Positions 38,916-50,975 of a stretch of DNA of 64,000 nucleotides are shown here, one piece after another. The DNA comes from Paraglomus brasilianum (lineage: Eukaryota): positions 1 to 64,000 of the forward strand of contig CAJVPI010000046.1 of NCBI GenBank assembly GCA_910592345.1. The letters run 5' to 3'. The notes below the pieces were generated by a model. The model saw only the letters and a program-made list of their open reading frames with translations. It did no database searches and was not told where the DNA came from. Both the position numbers and the translations under genes were made by a program. The number at the start of each line of letters is the position of its first letter. Position 1 is the stretch's first letter.

Positions 38916-40699
38916 ATGGGAAAAGATCGGACTGCGAAAAAAACCAAAGGACGTCATGAACCGCTCTATGTACAGATGGAGGAGGATGGACGGCTATCGA
39001 AAAAACCCCCAAAAGCAAAGTTTCAAGCCAAGAAACAGATAAAAACTGATGATGTAAGGATACGTGGTGGAATGTGTGACATTGATTATAACAATCCTTT
39101 AACGAGTTTTCGTTTTTATCTAGGAATACATTGACCCAAAACTATCACGTAAAATTTTACAAATAGCACGCGTACAACAGGAGGAGCTAGAAACTGAAGA
39201 CAGATCAGATAATCTCCCTACGGAAAGATTTGTCTCAGCAGATTTAAAAGATGAAGACAGCGAGGAAGACTTTTCAGAAGATGAGGATATCGAATATGAG
39301 GATTTGGTAAGTAAGCAAGCACTTAATTAATTTGTACAGATTATGCTGTTTAATAACGATCCATTTGCAATGATTAGGAAGTGGAAGAAGAGGATCAAGA
39401 GATTCTAAATAAATTTCTCCCGAGTGCACCGATAGAACGACGGACATTGGCAGATATAATAATGGAGAAAATCGAGGCATATGATAGGGAGAAACAACAA
39501 GCATCTAAGGGTGAAATCACAACACCTCCTGGGCTAAGTCCGAAAATAATTGAAGTTTATTCAAAGTATGTTGGAGCGTAAAATTCTCCAAGACTCTGAT
39601 AAATCCTACGACTAATCGGGAATCTAATCTCGCGGTCTTTAATATTATGTGCATTAGAGTCGGGACTCTTCTGAAGAGATACAAATCAGGCAAACTACCA
39701 AAAGCCTTTAAAATTATCCCATCGTTAAGTAATTGGGAAGAAATATTATATCTCACACGTCCCCAAGAATGGACACCTCACGCGACATATGCGGCAACTA
39801 GGATATTTGTGTCTAATCTAAAACCAAAACCATGTCAAAGGTAAACGTCTGACTAAGCATTCGGATAGGTTACATAAAGAATGATCATGATATTTTCACC
39901 AGACTGCTTAATCGGCCGTATTCCTCCTTAAGATTTTTAGACCTGGTTCTCCTTGATAAAGTGCGAGACGATATTCAAGACACTAAGAAGCTCAACTACC
40001 ATCTTTATATGGCATTGAAGAAATCTTTATACAAACCAGCAGCATTTTTCAAAGGGATTTTATTTCCATTATGTAAAGTAAGCTCACCTCCCAAGTAATT
40101 AAATTCTAAACCTTTTACCTTTTTAGTCACAAATTAATTCCATTCTTCCCAATATAGTCAGGTACATGCACATTACGAGAGGCGGCCATAATTGGGAGTG
40201 TTATTTCCAAAGTGAGCATTCCTGTCCTTCATTCATCCGCGGCCCTTTTGAACTTGGCAGAGATGGACTATACCGGTCCAAACAGTTTATTTATTCGCAT
40301 TCTCTTGGATAAGAAATATGCGTTACCGTATAAAGTGGTAGATGCGCTGGTATATCATTTTATGAGATTTAAAAATGATGAGAGAACCATGCCAGTACTA
40401 TGGCATCAATCATTTTTAGTGTTTGCGCAACGGTAAGTGGCAAAGTGAAACTTTGGGTTAGATGTACGCGATATGGTCTAAAGTTTTTTTGATTGTGGGT
40501 GAAGATGTTATCCTAACGGTTTGCCTCATTAATACTTTGCAGATATAAGCAAGACTTGACCCCAGATCAAAAAGATGCACTCCTGGAAGTGCTTAAATAC
40601 AAATGTCACGATCAAATAACACCCGAAATTCGCCGCGAGATAGTTCACTCGGTTGCTAGAGGGGAGATAATCCCAGAAGTGGAGATGGCGGATGTTTGA
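38916..40699 (+). CDS. ENP1: Bystin / Enp1 pre-40S assembly factor, multi-exon
   Basis: [65 protein letters not shown] and ITPEIRRE motifs. Confidence 0.96.
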
Positions 40700-41130
40700 G
40701 GACGGCGTAACAAATCACGAACGAGAGGTGTTGATTAATGTGATTATCAACGTGCGAATGTATTGGGGGAAACTCTTATTCAGCGAGGCGTGTTGTATAC
40801 TAAAACGCACGATCTTTAGTGGAAATCTAAATTATTAATGATGCCCTGTTACAAGGAGGTGGATGTATGATATAGTCAACAATATGCTATTTAATAGAAT
40901 TACCACGAATAAAATCAAAGTCTTTCAGGGCTTTTTACCGTCGACATTGTCGTCTTATGACTCTAATGCTTGTCCTACTGTGATCTAGAATAATTGCAAT
41001 TTTACTGCGGTTGTGTTTTATTAGGTATCAAAAATCACGTGTTGATCGTCCCGTCGAGAAAATTTTTAAGATTGAAGAAAAAGAAAACCCAACATTCTTT
41101 CAATTTGATTGAGCATTGCCGATAGTCCAA

Positions 41131-41900
41131 ATGGTAAGATTCATACGAAACAACCGAGCACGCTGTTAGTGTAGCTGTCGCGTGATTAATAGTCATGTAT
41201 AATAAGTTAACTATACGGCGATCTCTGGAATTGCATCGAGCGTGGTGTTTAGTTAGTACACGCAGACGTAATCCATAGAAGTGATAGATACCCTTGGAGA
41301 AAATTTACAAAGAGAGAATATAATAATTAAGTCTGTAAACTTTGAATTGAGACAGATGCTATTTTTGGAGGGTTGAGCGTAGGACTTGGAGGGTGTGCAC
41401 TTAGATTTAATCATAAGTCAACTTAATCCAATCATTAATATTTTCTTCTCTTTTTCGTAACTAGGCCAAACGAACAAAGAAGGTGAGTAACAGCTTCAAG
41501 CGTTCCTCAGTTGTCACTGTATCAGCCGTTTGTAGTCTAAAATCCGGGTCTGGTCGCTTAAGGTCGGAGTAGTCGGTAAATACGGCACTCGATATGGTGC
41601 ATCACTAAGAAAGCAGATAAAAAAAATGGAAATCACCCAACATCAGAAATATACTTGCACATTCTGCGGTAAAGATACAGTTAAAAGAAAGGCTGTCGGC
41701 ATCTGGGAGTGCAAAGCTTGTAGAAAAGTGCTTGCTGGTGGTGCTTGGACCGTTTCGTAAGTGATTGGTATCGTAGTCTGATATGAAATTGTCCACTAAG
41801 TGTTAAAGCTTTCGAATATTTGGTGCGTTTTTATAGTACCACCGCGGCCGCCACTGTCAGATCAACGATCAGACGTTTACGTGAATTGGCTGAATCTTAA
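41131..41900 (+). CDS. RPL43: 60S ribosomal protein L43 (eL43/L37a), 4 exons
   Basis: ATG|GTAAG, then [44 protein letters not shown]...[12 protein letters not shown]. Not present in the supplied ORF track. Confidence 0.96.
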
Positions 41901-42779
41901 TATCTTATTAAATGTGCTTTAATAAATGAGTCAATTCGATTCATTGCAGAGTTTCTTATTCTATGGGTATTCTTTTCGACTGTTTCATTTGGTCTGATTA
42001 TGTCTGTAGTAGACATTTGCCTCTTAAAAATCTATCAAAAGGATTGTACTTTTTACACTAGTTTCCGTGCTATGCGTTGAAGGTATGGTAAGGTATCTGT
42101 TCTTTCAGACATCTTGCTTTGAAATTGTCCCATACCCATCTAATGATATTGAAAGTTGTATCCGTAAGCATAGGTTAATTTACGGCGATTTGACATAGAC
42201 GGAGCGTTTTAGTCATTATAATGGAATCATTAACTGGAGAGGCGAATGCATTATCAATACGAATTACAAAAAGCAGCGATTTTGAGAATTAATATTAGTG
42301 TAGAATCCTACGTATCTTTATCTCCTTTGTTAATTGCATTTACGTCGTATTATTATATTTTTTAGTAATATTTGCCATAAGAAGTACGATAGATTGACTT
42401 AAATGACATTTCCTATGACAATTCGTTATTATTATACGTGTACAAGCAGAAAGATAAAACGGAGGACTATATAGTTGTAGTATTCAACAATTGCCCACTG
42501 ATAGAATGCGGATAATTGTAGCAAACTCATCGATTCATACACCACAGCCGTTACGTAATATTAATGTTTGCGCCTTAGATGAGCAGATCGCGCTATTTGC
42601 AAGCACGTTTACACAAACGCGTAAAATTTAATTTTAATGAGAGATTATATCTATATTAATATAGAGTTGGCCTAATTTTGTTACGTGTGCTACAATCGAT
42701 CTTATTATTATGTCAACCGCGTCCATGACAAACTCTGCATTTATTGTTCTTCACTATATCAAATGCTAATTACTCTAAC

Positions 42780-43223
42780 GTGTACCTGGGAGGAATTCCA
42801 TTCCAAGTGGGGAAATACAGATACCGCGTTTGCTCCCGTTCTTTAATTCGTGGACTACCGGTGGGATCACTATTGATTCGGAACTTAAAACCAGGAACAG
42901 GGCAAGCGAAAAGGCACTAGCAACGTGATTTGAAGGTCAGTATTACGAAACAGCAAATGTACACCACGACATGCATACTTTGCTTTATAGTGTGGTGTGT
43001 TACGCCCTGCGCTGCTGGTGTGGGGAAGAAGAGTGTCTGGTCTTTACATCACTGCAGCGTGCATATTTTGCTTTTTCGTGGGAGCTGTACCCTACGACCG
43101 CTGGTCGAATTGAGGTCAAATTTTGGCCGAGGTGGGGGGAAGCGAGTCACAATCTAGCATATACTCGTTGTGACTTGTGCTGTTCCCTACTGGATTAGCA
43201 AATTTTTTGCTAATCTTTTTTTT
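42780..43223 (+). ncRNA. Candidate structured ncRNA ending in hairpin + T8, unidentified
   Basis: Three-way junction 42944-43080, long hairpin 43132-43190, terminal hairpin 43193-43215 followed by TTTTTTTT; many G-U pairs on the + strand. The 5' end is uncertain. Confidence 0.5.
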
Positions 43224-44199
43224 CACTTTCGTTTATTAATATTACAGAAAAATTGGAAACATCTTGAAGGTCCACCTTCTTATGATACGATACAATTACA
43301 CAACATCAGACGAGGACTCTGATCCAACCGTTGAAGAACTAACATCTGATCCACATATTGCCACATTACTCCTACCATATAGAAGAGTTCTTGAAGAAAT
43401 GAGGAATCATCACGTAGAACAAGAATCACAACGAGGCCGACACTCAAATAAATACTTCATATCTGCAAAACAATTCATATATCTATTTATTGTCAATATA
43501 TATTTCATATTTTTCATGGAAGATTTCAATTTTTCTGCGCTGTAAAATATAATATTGATATTAGTTTCTCGATACTATATATAATGAAATTTAATAAAGC
43601 ATATTCCTACAGGAAGCTTGGAGTCGTATTAAATGACGGAAAAAGAAGCCAGTTCAGTAAATCCATTGGTCGAATCCTTTTAAGACATGGGGTTAATATT
43701 AATAGATATCAAAAAATTAAAATACCAGAGGCGAAGTTGGCCACTTGAAAATTTATCACACATATATAATATAGACATGACCGATCATGAGGAGATCAAT
43801 CGCCGGGTTAAGAAAGAGGTTGATGTTTTATTTCGGCGATTATTGGAATATAATGAAAAAACTTTTGGCAAATTTATGCGAGAAATTACTATTACTATAG
43901 AACATGAGGAGCGGGTCATAAGAAATTGCGATATGAAGCTGAAAAATATCTTGAATATCTGAAACCATGTTCTACCCATTAGAAAGATCAAGTGCTTGGT
44001 CCCATCCCTTGCGAAGATATAGAGGGTCTTCTTTTGCTCTAGTTAAATCAATATCAATAAATTCCCTACCTTGTAAATTTTTATAACATTACGCCAATTT
44101 TTTTGTATATTGATATCGTCTGGCAATATTAACCAGCTCATCTTATGTACTAGTACCTGACCCATTAAATAAACATGTAATCAAAATTTTTTCTTATGT

Positions 44200-44605
44200 T
44201 TTCAGGAATGATTGCGTAACATATATGGAGCTAATATTGGAGTGGCGTCCTTTAGTAAAGTAGACAATTTTATCTTGACTCATTGCATATATCTTCGAAT
44301 ATAGCAACTGTTCCTCTTTCAGGAAAGAATTCTTCTATCTTTGGTATTTTACTATTATCAGGTTTTAATAGCATATTTCGGTGATGTCCAATCAAAACCA
44401 AATCATCATTTTTAATATAACGTGTTCCACTTTTCTTTCCACTAAACATTCGAAACATCTTATCCCCAAGCAAAAGACTAATAATCATATTTGTTTTCCC
44501 CGATCTAGTTCGCCCTGAGACTAACAAGTTGAAAGGCCACTGAGGAGATGAGTTAATACCGTTAAAACGCTCTGGATTTTGTATGATTAAGTACGAATAT
44601 TTCAC
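44200..44605 (-). pseudogene. A32/FtsK-like DNA packaging ATPase relic
   Basis: [22 protein letters not shown] (Walker A) and TVAIFEDI (Walker B-like); internally deleted. Confidence 0.7.
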
Positions 44606-44699
44606 ATGGATCGAGCTTTTCCGTTTTCATCCTAATCAAGATAATAATAAGTAACGCTAAATTATTATATCGATCTTACGAATTTATTCTTTATGCAAT

Positions 44700-45125
44700 A
44701 AATAACCCCTTTCTTGCAATTCACTTTTCATATAAGGTAGTAAATCACAATCATATGGTATAATAATCCATATAATGCCTTCTCTTTTACTCCCGCTTTT
44801 TTTGATCACGTTTCCTTTGTGCATCTAGGTCAGCCTCGCCATAGTGCTTATCGGCAACATAATAGTGCTGGACCCCGTTATACTCCCATGCCAATTTTAG
44901 TTCTTCATTATATCCATCAAGTCTAAGAACTTTGGTGCACATGGTGGAAATTTCTTACCGAGTGTATCGATGTTCACCGGTTATATGATGGCATAATAAT
45001 AAGGGCACCACTCAAATTTCCGCTTCAAGCACCTCCCATTGCAGTCCATTCTCGCAAGATCAGAGATATACACTCAGGCCCCGTTCTCATAATACAATTT
45101 CCACCTCGCTTCTTCGCATATTGTC
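44700..45125 (-). pseudogene. Zinc-ribbon + PD-(D/E)XK (restriction endonuclease-like) nuclease relic
   Basis: Manual translation across frameshifts: AKKRGGNC...EWCP, then RLDGYNEELKLAWEYNGVQHY...AQRKRDQKK...GIIWIIIPYD. Confidence 0.7.
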
Positions 45126-45179
45126 AAATTCGTTATTAGAAATACGAATAAAGTGAACTAATCCAGTACGTTGATTTTC

Positions 45180-45700
45180 TGATAATATACTTTGGGGTGG
45201 AAGTTGAAGTGTATCAATATTCACGTATAAGAGCTCTTCTCACAAATTCCCTAGAAGGAGCATATTCATCATCACTTCCGAGATAATATAAGACTGGCTC
45301 ATTTTTCGGTACTACTATTTTTATGATTGGATGAATAGAAGGGCTGAATATGGGTCTGTCGCTCGACGTGTTGTTTCCAGACCGCCTTCCCATTCCGCAT
45401 TAGCGAGAAGATAACGAACCGTATCACCTTTCTTCAATTTTTCCTCGTCCTTTCCAATAGGTCGCTTTCGTGATATTGATGGTTTAGATTCGACCTTTTC
45501 CAACTTGATTGCTTTTATTGGTGCTAATCCCCACTTGAGGACCCAGAAGCTCTAATGAGGCGCGTAGGGTAATTATTAAGATAATCTATTACTTTGGGTA
45601 AATGCTTAACCCAGGCTCTCATTAATTTAGGGTCTGTTGATGCTTGACTTGGGTATGTGTCTATAAACAATCTCGTGCTTGTTCGACACTATTTTCAAAC
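45180..45700 (-). pseudogene. Retroviral-type (Polinton-like) integrase C-terminal relic
   Basis: WVKHLPKVIDYLNNYPTRLI, LKKGDTVRYLL...EGG...RRATDP and PVLYYL...PSREFVR in successive frames. Confidence 0.65.
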
Positions 45701-46257
45701 GTTTATGCATTTATTCTTGCTTGTAGCTTCGAAGCCAACCACGCCAATAGCACCCAAGACGCGATCGTTATTTACCTTCTATCAATATCTGAAAGAACGC
45801 ATTGAGAAATTGGTCGTAATCGATCAAACTTCTCGGCTAATATCACCGGAGAGCTGGAAACTCCAAATTTTGTTCGAGCATGGTTTGATAAACGGTATAG
45901 TTTACTTCATCGTCATCTAGCGAAGAGATTGAGCGTGACCTATCGTCATGTCTGCATAAAAACTCCAAGACATTGGAACTTCTTCTCTCTCCTATGGTTA
46001 GCTCCAATTGCTTAAATCCATGTGAATTTCATCGTCGGACGTGCTAATGATGTTAAACAATACCTGCTATGACTAGGAACTATCCGACTTGCAACTGACA
46101 TTACGGGCAATGACAAACAAGCTACAACCCAGTCTCATTCAGTTTATGCATCACAACAATATCGCCCGGCGATCTGTATAATACGTTCTATGTACGAAAG
46201 ATCGTTCTAGTAACAGTAGGTAAGATTATTCTCTCGACTTTTATTTATGCCCATGGA

Positions 46258-49200
46258 TTATTCACAAATGCTCTTCAACCAATCTATCCTTGATTCCCTT
46301 TGAGAGCTCTCGACTTCACCGAAACATTCAGGCATTGATACAAGTATTCTATCATTTTGAAAGTTCTTTTCCGTGTACCCAATCCAATCATTAATTATAC
46401 CTTGGTCAGCTCTAGTATAGACTGCTCTTGCTATTACGATTCTGAAACTTTCGTCATTCTGGTTGGTACGCTTTCTCCAGAATATGAAACCAGATAAATG
46501 ATGTATAACCATCCAATACAAGAACGGTGTTGAAGCTTTGGATATTTTGAAGTTAACTAACGCTCGTACAAAATTCTCTAGTACAGCCCTGTTAGTTTCT
46601 ATAGGCCAGAAATAAGCATGGAATCCTTGAATAGAAGATTCGCCTATGCATATGACTTCTTCGTATGTCACTGAGATGGTCCCCAGCACATCATATAATT
46701 CACTCCATACGAGCATCTTGTACTCTACAGAATATAACCCACTTAGCGGAGTCAATACCAGACGAGCAAATTGTCTGTGTCCAAGTGATTCGGCAGCATA
46801 CGCGGCAGTAAAATCAGTGAACAGTTGATAAAATGGAATACGCAAGACAGACTCTGCCGCAGTTTCTAAGAAAGTAGTGGTTGACGAACTATAATCAATT
46901 GTCTCGTTATCCTTGAGAATATAATAATTCAAGATTTTTTCGATCCATAGTTCAACTGACGAATTCCGATATACTTCCCCCTCTATTAGAAATATTTTCA
47001 TCAATGATATCACCGTTATGGCTGGATTAATGGGCATGTCCACAATATCCTGATGCAGATCATATAAACCCAAAACTTGCCATGCAAGTGTTAGACAATG
47101 TTGAATTGTATCTTTCTTCACATCATCATCAACAACAATATCAGCTTTAGAGTAAAACTCATCTATCGGAATGAATATCCAACCCTTTGACAGAGGTAGC
47201 CCATTATGTTTAGCATCTAGACTAATTAAAAAGTGTTGCTGGTTGAAATAATTACTGCTATCTTCTGATGGGTTACCATTAATGATCCGGTTTCTATAGA
47301 AAGGCCAGAGCTTCTGGCATTCTTGGAAATCTAAATCCAACAATTGAGTTGATTTAGCCAAGGCGTCGAACATCTGCTCTACAGTTGTTAAAGCAATCTG
47401 TTCATCTCCCGGTAGAACATGTGGCACCAACGCAAAAGCGTTCAGTGCGATCATCTGCAAATATTTGCCTCTGGTATCATCCAAATGCACATGATTATTA
47501 TCGACAATAAGCTTCAAACAACAGATCCATTCATGATGTAAATAAGTTTTCCATCGACCAAAGAAATCATACCAACGCCCACTGGGCGTATAAGTTAGAG
47601 AGCATTGTAATAAATTTAAAATCTCATTCCTAGTAAGAATGTTTAGAGTCGACGAATAAATCTGTGCATCTTCGGGGAATAACTGAAGAATACAGCGTAT
47701 TAACGATAATCGAGTGAAAAGAGCATCGCAAGCGGTTGAGATTGAAAGAATGTACCGCACGCTCTTTAATCTGTTTGGATTATAGACTCCGGGCAAATTA
47801 GGTAATTCCCATGATTCTATGTTAAGCAGCGCACTCGACGATAGAAGGTTGCGCAGTCGCGTAATAATAACTTCTTGTAGATTTGTTGGTTTCTCTTCTC
47901 CTAAAGCCAAATATTCCCACATTCTCTTTATTTTGCTCATATCTGTAACATTATAATTACTCAAATATTGGCTCCATGCAGCTAAATATCCAGTAGTGCG
48001 TGAAATCAAAACAAATGATTTTTCGACATAGCTGGTATTAACATCATCCATAACTGACGCGTTCATATCTGGAGCAGATGCTGTCCATCTCTGTAATAAC
48101 TCGATTGCATCGTGCACAAATTCACTAGGACGAGCACCGACTTGATTATTATCTTTATCAGAATCCGACCGCTGCATCAACGTCTCCATTAATGAAAAAA
48201 AGGCTATGGCAATATCTAATTTACGTTGCATTATGCTATCGTCATCAGATGTTTCCCATTCCCAAAACATTTTCAGTGAATAAACAGTACTCATGATCCA
48301 ACCTCTAAGAATTGTATATGCTTCAGATAAAATACTGCGATATAGTCCGTGGGCAGCAAGGCACCGGTATGTCATAAGAACTTCCTTAACAATCTCATAT
48401 CCAATAAGCCTTTCAAAATCAGTCGATAATGAAGATGGATCCACTACTAAATACCTCAACAAAGTTTCCACGTAATTATTTTCAATAAGATCACGACTTA
48501 TCCTAATCGATGCCGTACACAATGTTTGCCAGAGTCTGATGGCCAGTATAGTCATGTATCCTGTTATATTCATCTCTTCAAAATTGGTCAATGGCCATGA
48601 TATGCTGATATATTTTCGATGGAGAATCTCTAGGAGGCCATGACAGTCGGCGATTGCTTCGGCCGCATCAACCGAATGTCGAGTAAATCGCAACAAAATT
48701 TGCAACATTTGCTTCTCAGCGATCAAAGGCAAATTCTCGGCCCTTAATAGATACTGAAAACGTAGTTGAATGCCCATAGCTAATAGTCCAGCGACTAGAT
48801 CCCTTGACGTTAGGTTAATATGATGTTCTGTGCTTTCGCCATCATCATCATCATCGTTTACTCCAAAACCATTCATTGATAATTCCATACCGAACTGCTT
48901 CATAACATGTGATTGCTTCCGAGGTTGTAGACATATACTTTGATAACCACGATGCAAACTATCAGAACGATCCCAGATATGTTCTTCTTCAGTGAATTCT
49001 TTATTATCACCGATTACCCATGCTGCTAGGGCATCAATGGCTGCAACTAGCACAGTCTCGAATGTATCGTCTAAAGCAGTTCTCAAATACAAAAACGCTT
49101 TCATTTTAATCATCCAGGAACTGATATCACGACTAACATTGTCACCATAGTGATTATTTCGAACCTTACGGAGAATCCTGGACACAACATTCAATGGAAT

Positions 49201-50139
49201 CACTCGTTGACTTGGTACTTGGCTCCTCATCAAATGAAACATTTCTGCAAGAGTATATCCTGGTTGATCAGGATCGTCACCATGATGATGAAGACCCACA
49301 AAAACAGGCACTTCAGCGTTCTTTTCGACAAGGTTACCTCTGAAATCAAATCTAAATGAAGCAGCTGGAGGGTCTGCCGCAGTAGCTACATGCGGGCGAA
49401 CTTTCTCATCATAACGTAAAGAAGAAGAAGATTTTGCGCCTGTGTTAGTTACGCCCATCCATTCTAGTTTGTCCAATTCGGCTGGAATGTCTGAAAAATA
49501 CTTTTCCTTCATTGCTAACGGCATTGAATCATCTTCTTGATCAATTTCCATCGCAACATCATCTGAATGTCTTGTGGCTTTGGGACGCTTAGACGATAGT
49601 CTTTTTAAGACTTCTGGTGAAAGTGTTTGTCGAAGCATTGCTTGCGCTTCAAGAATTTCATCCAAAGACATATTTTCCAGTCTTTGTAAATTTTCTTGAT
49701 GTATTTCTTCATAGACGGATTGAGGAAATTGCTGCCCCTCATAGGAAGATTGAAGCGTGTGATCATGGTTCTCTCCTGCAACTTGACTTTCCAGATTGAT
49801 TTCATTTCTCTTTTTTCGAAATCGGCTTCGGTGAGTGGGTTCAGGGAAGCCACCTTTAAAAGAGCCAGCCGTCGAAGATGACGGGGGCAGAACAACGCCA
49901 GTAGCGGTTCTTTCGATCACTGCGCCTATAATGTTTGTAGTGAGGGGCGAACTCTGGACGTCTTCTTCAGGCTCTTTGTTACCCTCATTATTATCAATTA
50001 TAGCTTGTTGTACGACTGGTGGCTTACTCTGTTTGATTACTCTTGCCGCCGGTGACTCTTTGTTCCGAAAGAATTCTTCTTGGAGCTTTAGTAACTCTTC
50101 GTCCGTCTCTACAGTTAACGCGTCGTTTGGGCGAATCAT
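46258..50139 (-). CDS. RBA50: RNA polymerase II-associated protein 1 (RPAP1/Rba50)
   Basis: 1293-aa ORF with RPAP1_N (EIHQENLQRLENMSLDEILEAQ) and RPAP1_C (FRFDFRG...GLHHHGDDPDQPGYTLAEMFHLMRSQVPSQR). Confidence 0.93.
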   Translation of the reverse strand: MIRPNDALTVETDEELLKLQEEFFRNKESPAARVIKQSKPPVVQQAIIDNNEGNKEPEEDVQSSPLTTNIIGAVIERTATGVVLPPSSSTAGSFKGGFPEPTHRSRFRKKRNEINLESQVAGENHDHTLQSSYEGQQFPQSVYEEIHQENLQRLENMSLDEILEAQAMLRQTLSPEVLKRLSSKRPKATRHSDDVAMEIDQEDDSMPLAMKEKYFSDIPAELDKLEWMGVTNTGAKSSSSLRYDEKVRPHVATAADPPAASFRFDFRGNLVEKNAEVPVFVGLHHHGDDPDQPGYTLAEMFHLMRSQVPSQRVIPLNVVSRILRKVRNNHYGDNVSRDISSWMIKMKAFLYLRTALDDTFETVLVAAIDALAAWVIGDNKEFTEEEHIWDRSDSLHRGYQSICLQPRKQSHVMKQFGMELSMNGFGVNDDDDDGESTEHHINLTSRDLVAGLLAMGIQLRFQYLLRAENLPLIAEKQMLQILLRFTRHSVDAAEAIADCHGLLEILHRKYISISWPLTNFEEMNITGYMTILAIRLWQTLCTASIRISRDLIENNYVETLLRYLVVDPSSLSTDFERLIGYEIVKEVLMTYRCLAAHGLYRSILSEAYTILRGWIMSTVYSLKMFWEWETSDDDSIMQRKLDIAIAFFSLMETLMQRSDSDKDNNQVGARPSEFVHDAIELLQRWTASAPDMNASVMDDVNTSYVEKSFVLISRTTGYLAAWSQYLSNYNVTDMSKIKRMWEYLALGEEKPTNLQEVIITRLRNLLSSSALLNIESWELPNLPGVYNPNRLKSVRYILSISTACDALFTRLSLIRCILQLFPEDAQIYSSTLNILTRNEILNLLQCSLTYTPSGRWYDFFGRWKTYLHHEWICCLKLIVDNNHVHLDDTRGKYLQMIALNAFALVPHVLPGDEQIALTTVEQMFDALAKSTQLLDLDFQECQKLWPFYRNRIINGNPSEDSSNYFNQQHFLISLDAKHNGLPLSKGWIFIPIDEFYSKADIVVDDDVKKDTIQHCLTLAWQVLGLYDLHQDIVDMPINPAITVISLMKIFLIEGEVYRNSSVELWIEKILNYYILKDNETIDYSSSTTTFLETAAESVLRIPFYQLFTDFTAAYAAESLGHRQFARLVLTPLSGLYSVEYKMLVWSELYDVLGTISVTYEEVICIGESSIQGFHAYFWPIETNRAVLENFVRALVNFKISKASTPFLYWMVIHHLSGFIFWRKRTNQNDESFRIVIARAVYTRADQGIINDWIGYTEKNFQNDRILVSMPECFGEVESSQRESRIDWLKSICE

Positions 50140-50399
50140 AGCCAGTTTGACGATCGACGATGCAGTTGATAACGAAAATGTTTATCATGTTTTTGTGGCG
50201 GGTGTGGCGAATGTGTAACGAGGCACAGTTATGACGGTAGTACAATGATTTCATAAATAATGCTAATAATAATAATACTATTATCGATTAAGTGTGATGA
50301 ATGCATTTTAAATAAACCCTACGGACTTCCGAATTAATCCCACGGAAAAAAATAGACGGGCGATATAGCAAACAGTGTTTACAGACGTGTGAGTAGGGA

Positions 50400-50936
50400 T
50401 GTTTAGTTTTTAGTCATAGAGAAGAAAGTTGCAGTACGGCATTCTGGGTTTTGTATTCCAATCGCTCAGACACTTGAACAACTGTCTAGAATGTCATTAA
50501 GGCTTATAAAGATCAAGGAAGCAATTAAAACAAACTCAAACCGAGAATGAAAACTTAAAATTGATAAAGAAAGTCATAAAATGTCTTCCCAAAAAGCCGA
50601 AGCCATTGCTAAACAGAAAAAGCAGAAAGCAATTGTTAAGCCTTCTCCTCGAAAGGGAAGACAGAAAATAATGTCAGGAAGAAACAAACGCGCTTTACTG
50701 GGAATGATCAAAAACGATAGGAAAATGACGCTTTCAGGTAGAATTCTCAATTTATGTCAAGTTACATTAAACTAATTTGCTAACTTTCTACTTGCACCTT
50801 CAAATATCATTATTAGAAATTAAGAATAGTTTTGCTGATTCAACTTCAATGGTTGTTTCTGAAAAAACTATTAAAAGGGAACTCCATCAATCTGGCTACT
50901 TTTGTCATATGGGTACTAGAAAACCTTATGTGAATG

Positions 50937-50975
<39 letters not shown>

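Larger units (their letters stand above)
43264..45920. mobile_element. Decayed Polinton/Maverick-like (virus-like) element
   Basis: Co-oriented minus-strand relics of an integrase, a PD-(D/E)XK nuclease and an A32-like ATPase, plus small intronless + strand ORFs. Boundaries approximate. Confidence 0.7.

Noticed and set aside
42085..42110. U2 snRNA-like motif GTATCTGTTCTTTCAG (and AAGATCAAGTG at ~43984)
   Set aside because: Isolated short matches far apart and in the wrong order; the rest of U2 is missing.
43080..43190. Group II intron domains V/VI
   Set aside because: GAGCTGTA and GGGGGG...CCCTAC are suggestive, but the complementary 3' strand of domain V is absent.
43601..43970. snR30/U17 motifs ATATTCCTA and AAACCAT
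   Set aside because: About 360 nt apart and no ACA box at the expected position.
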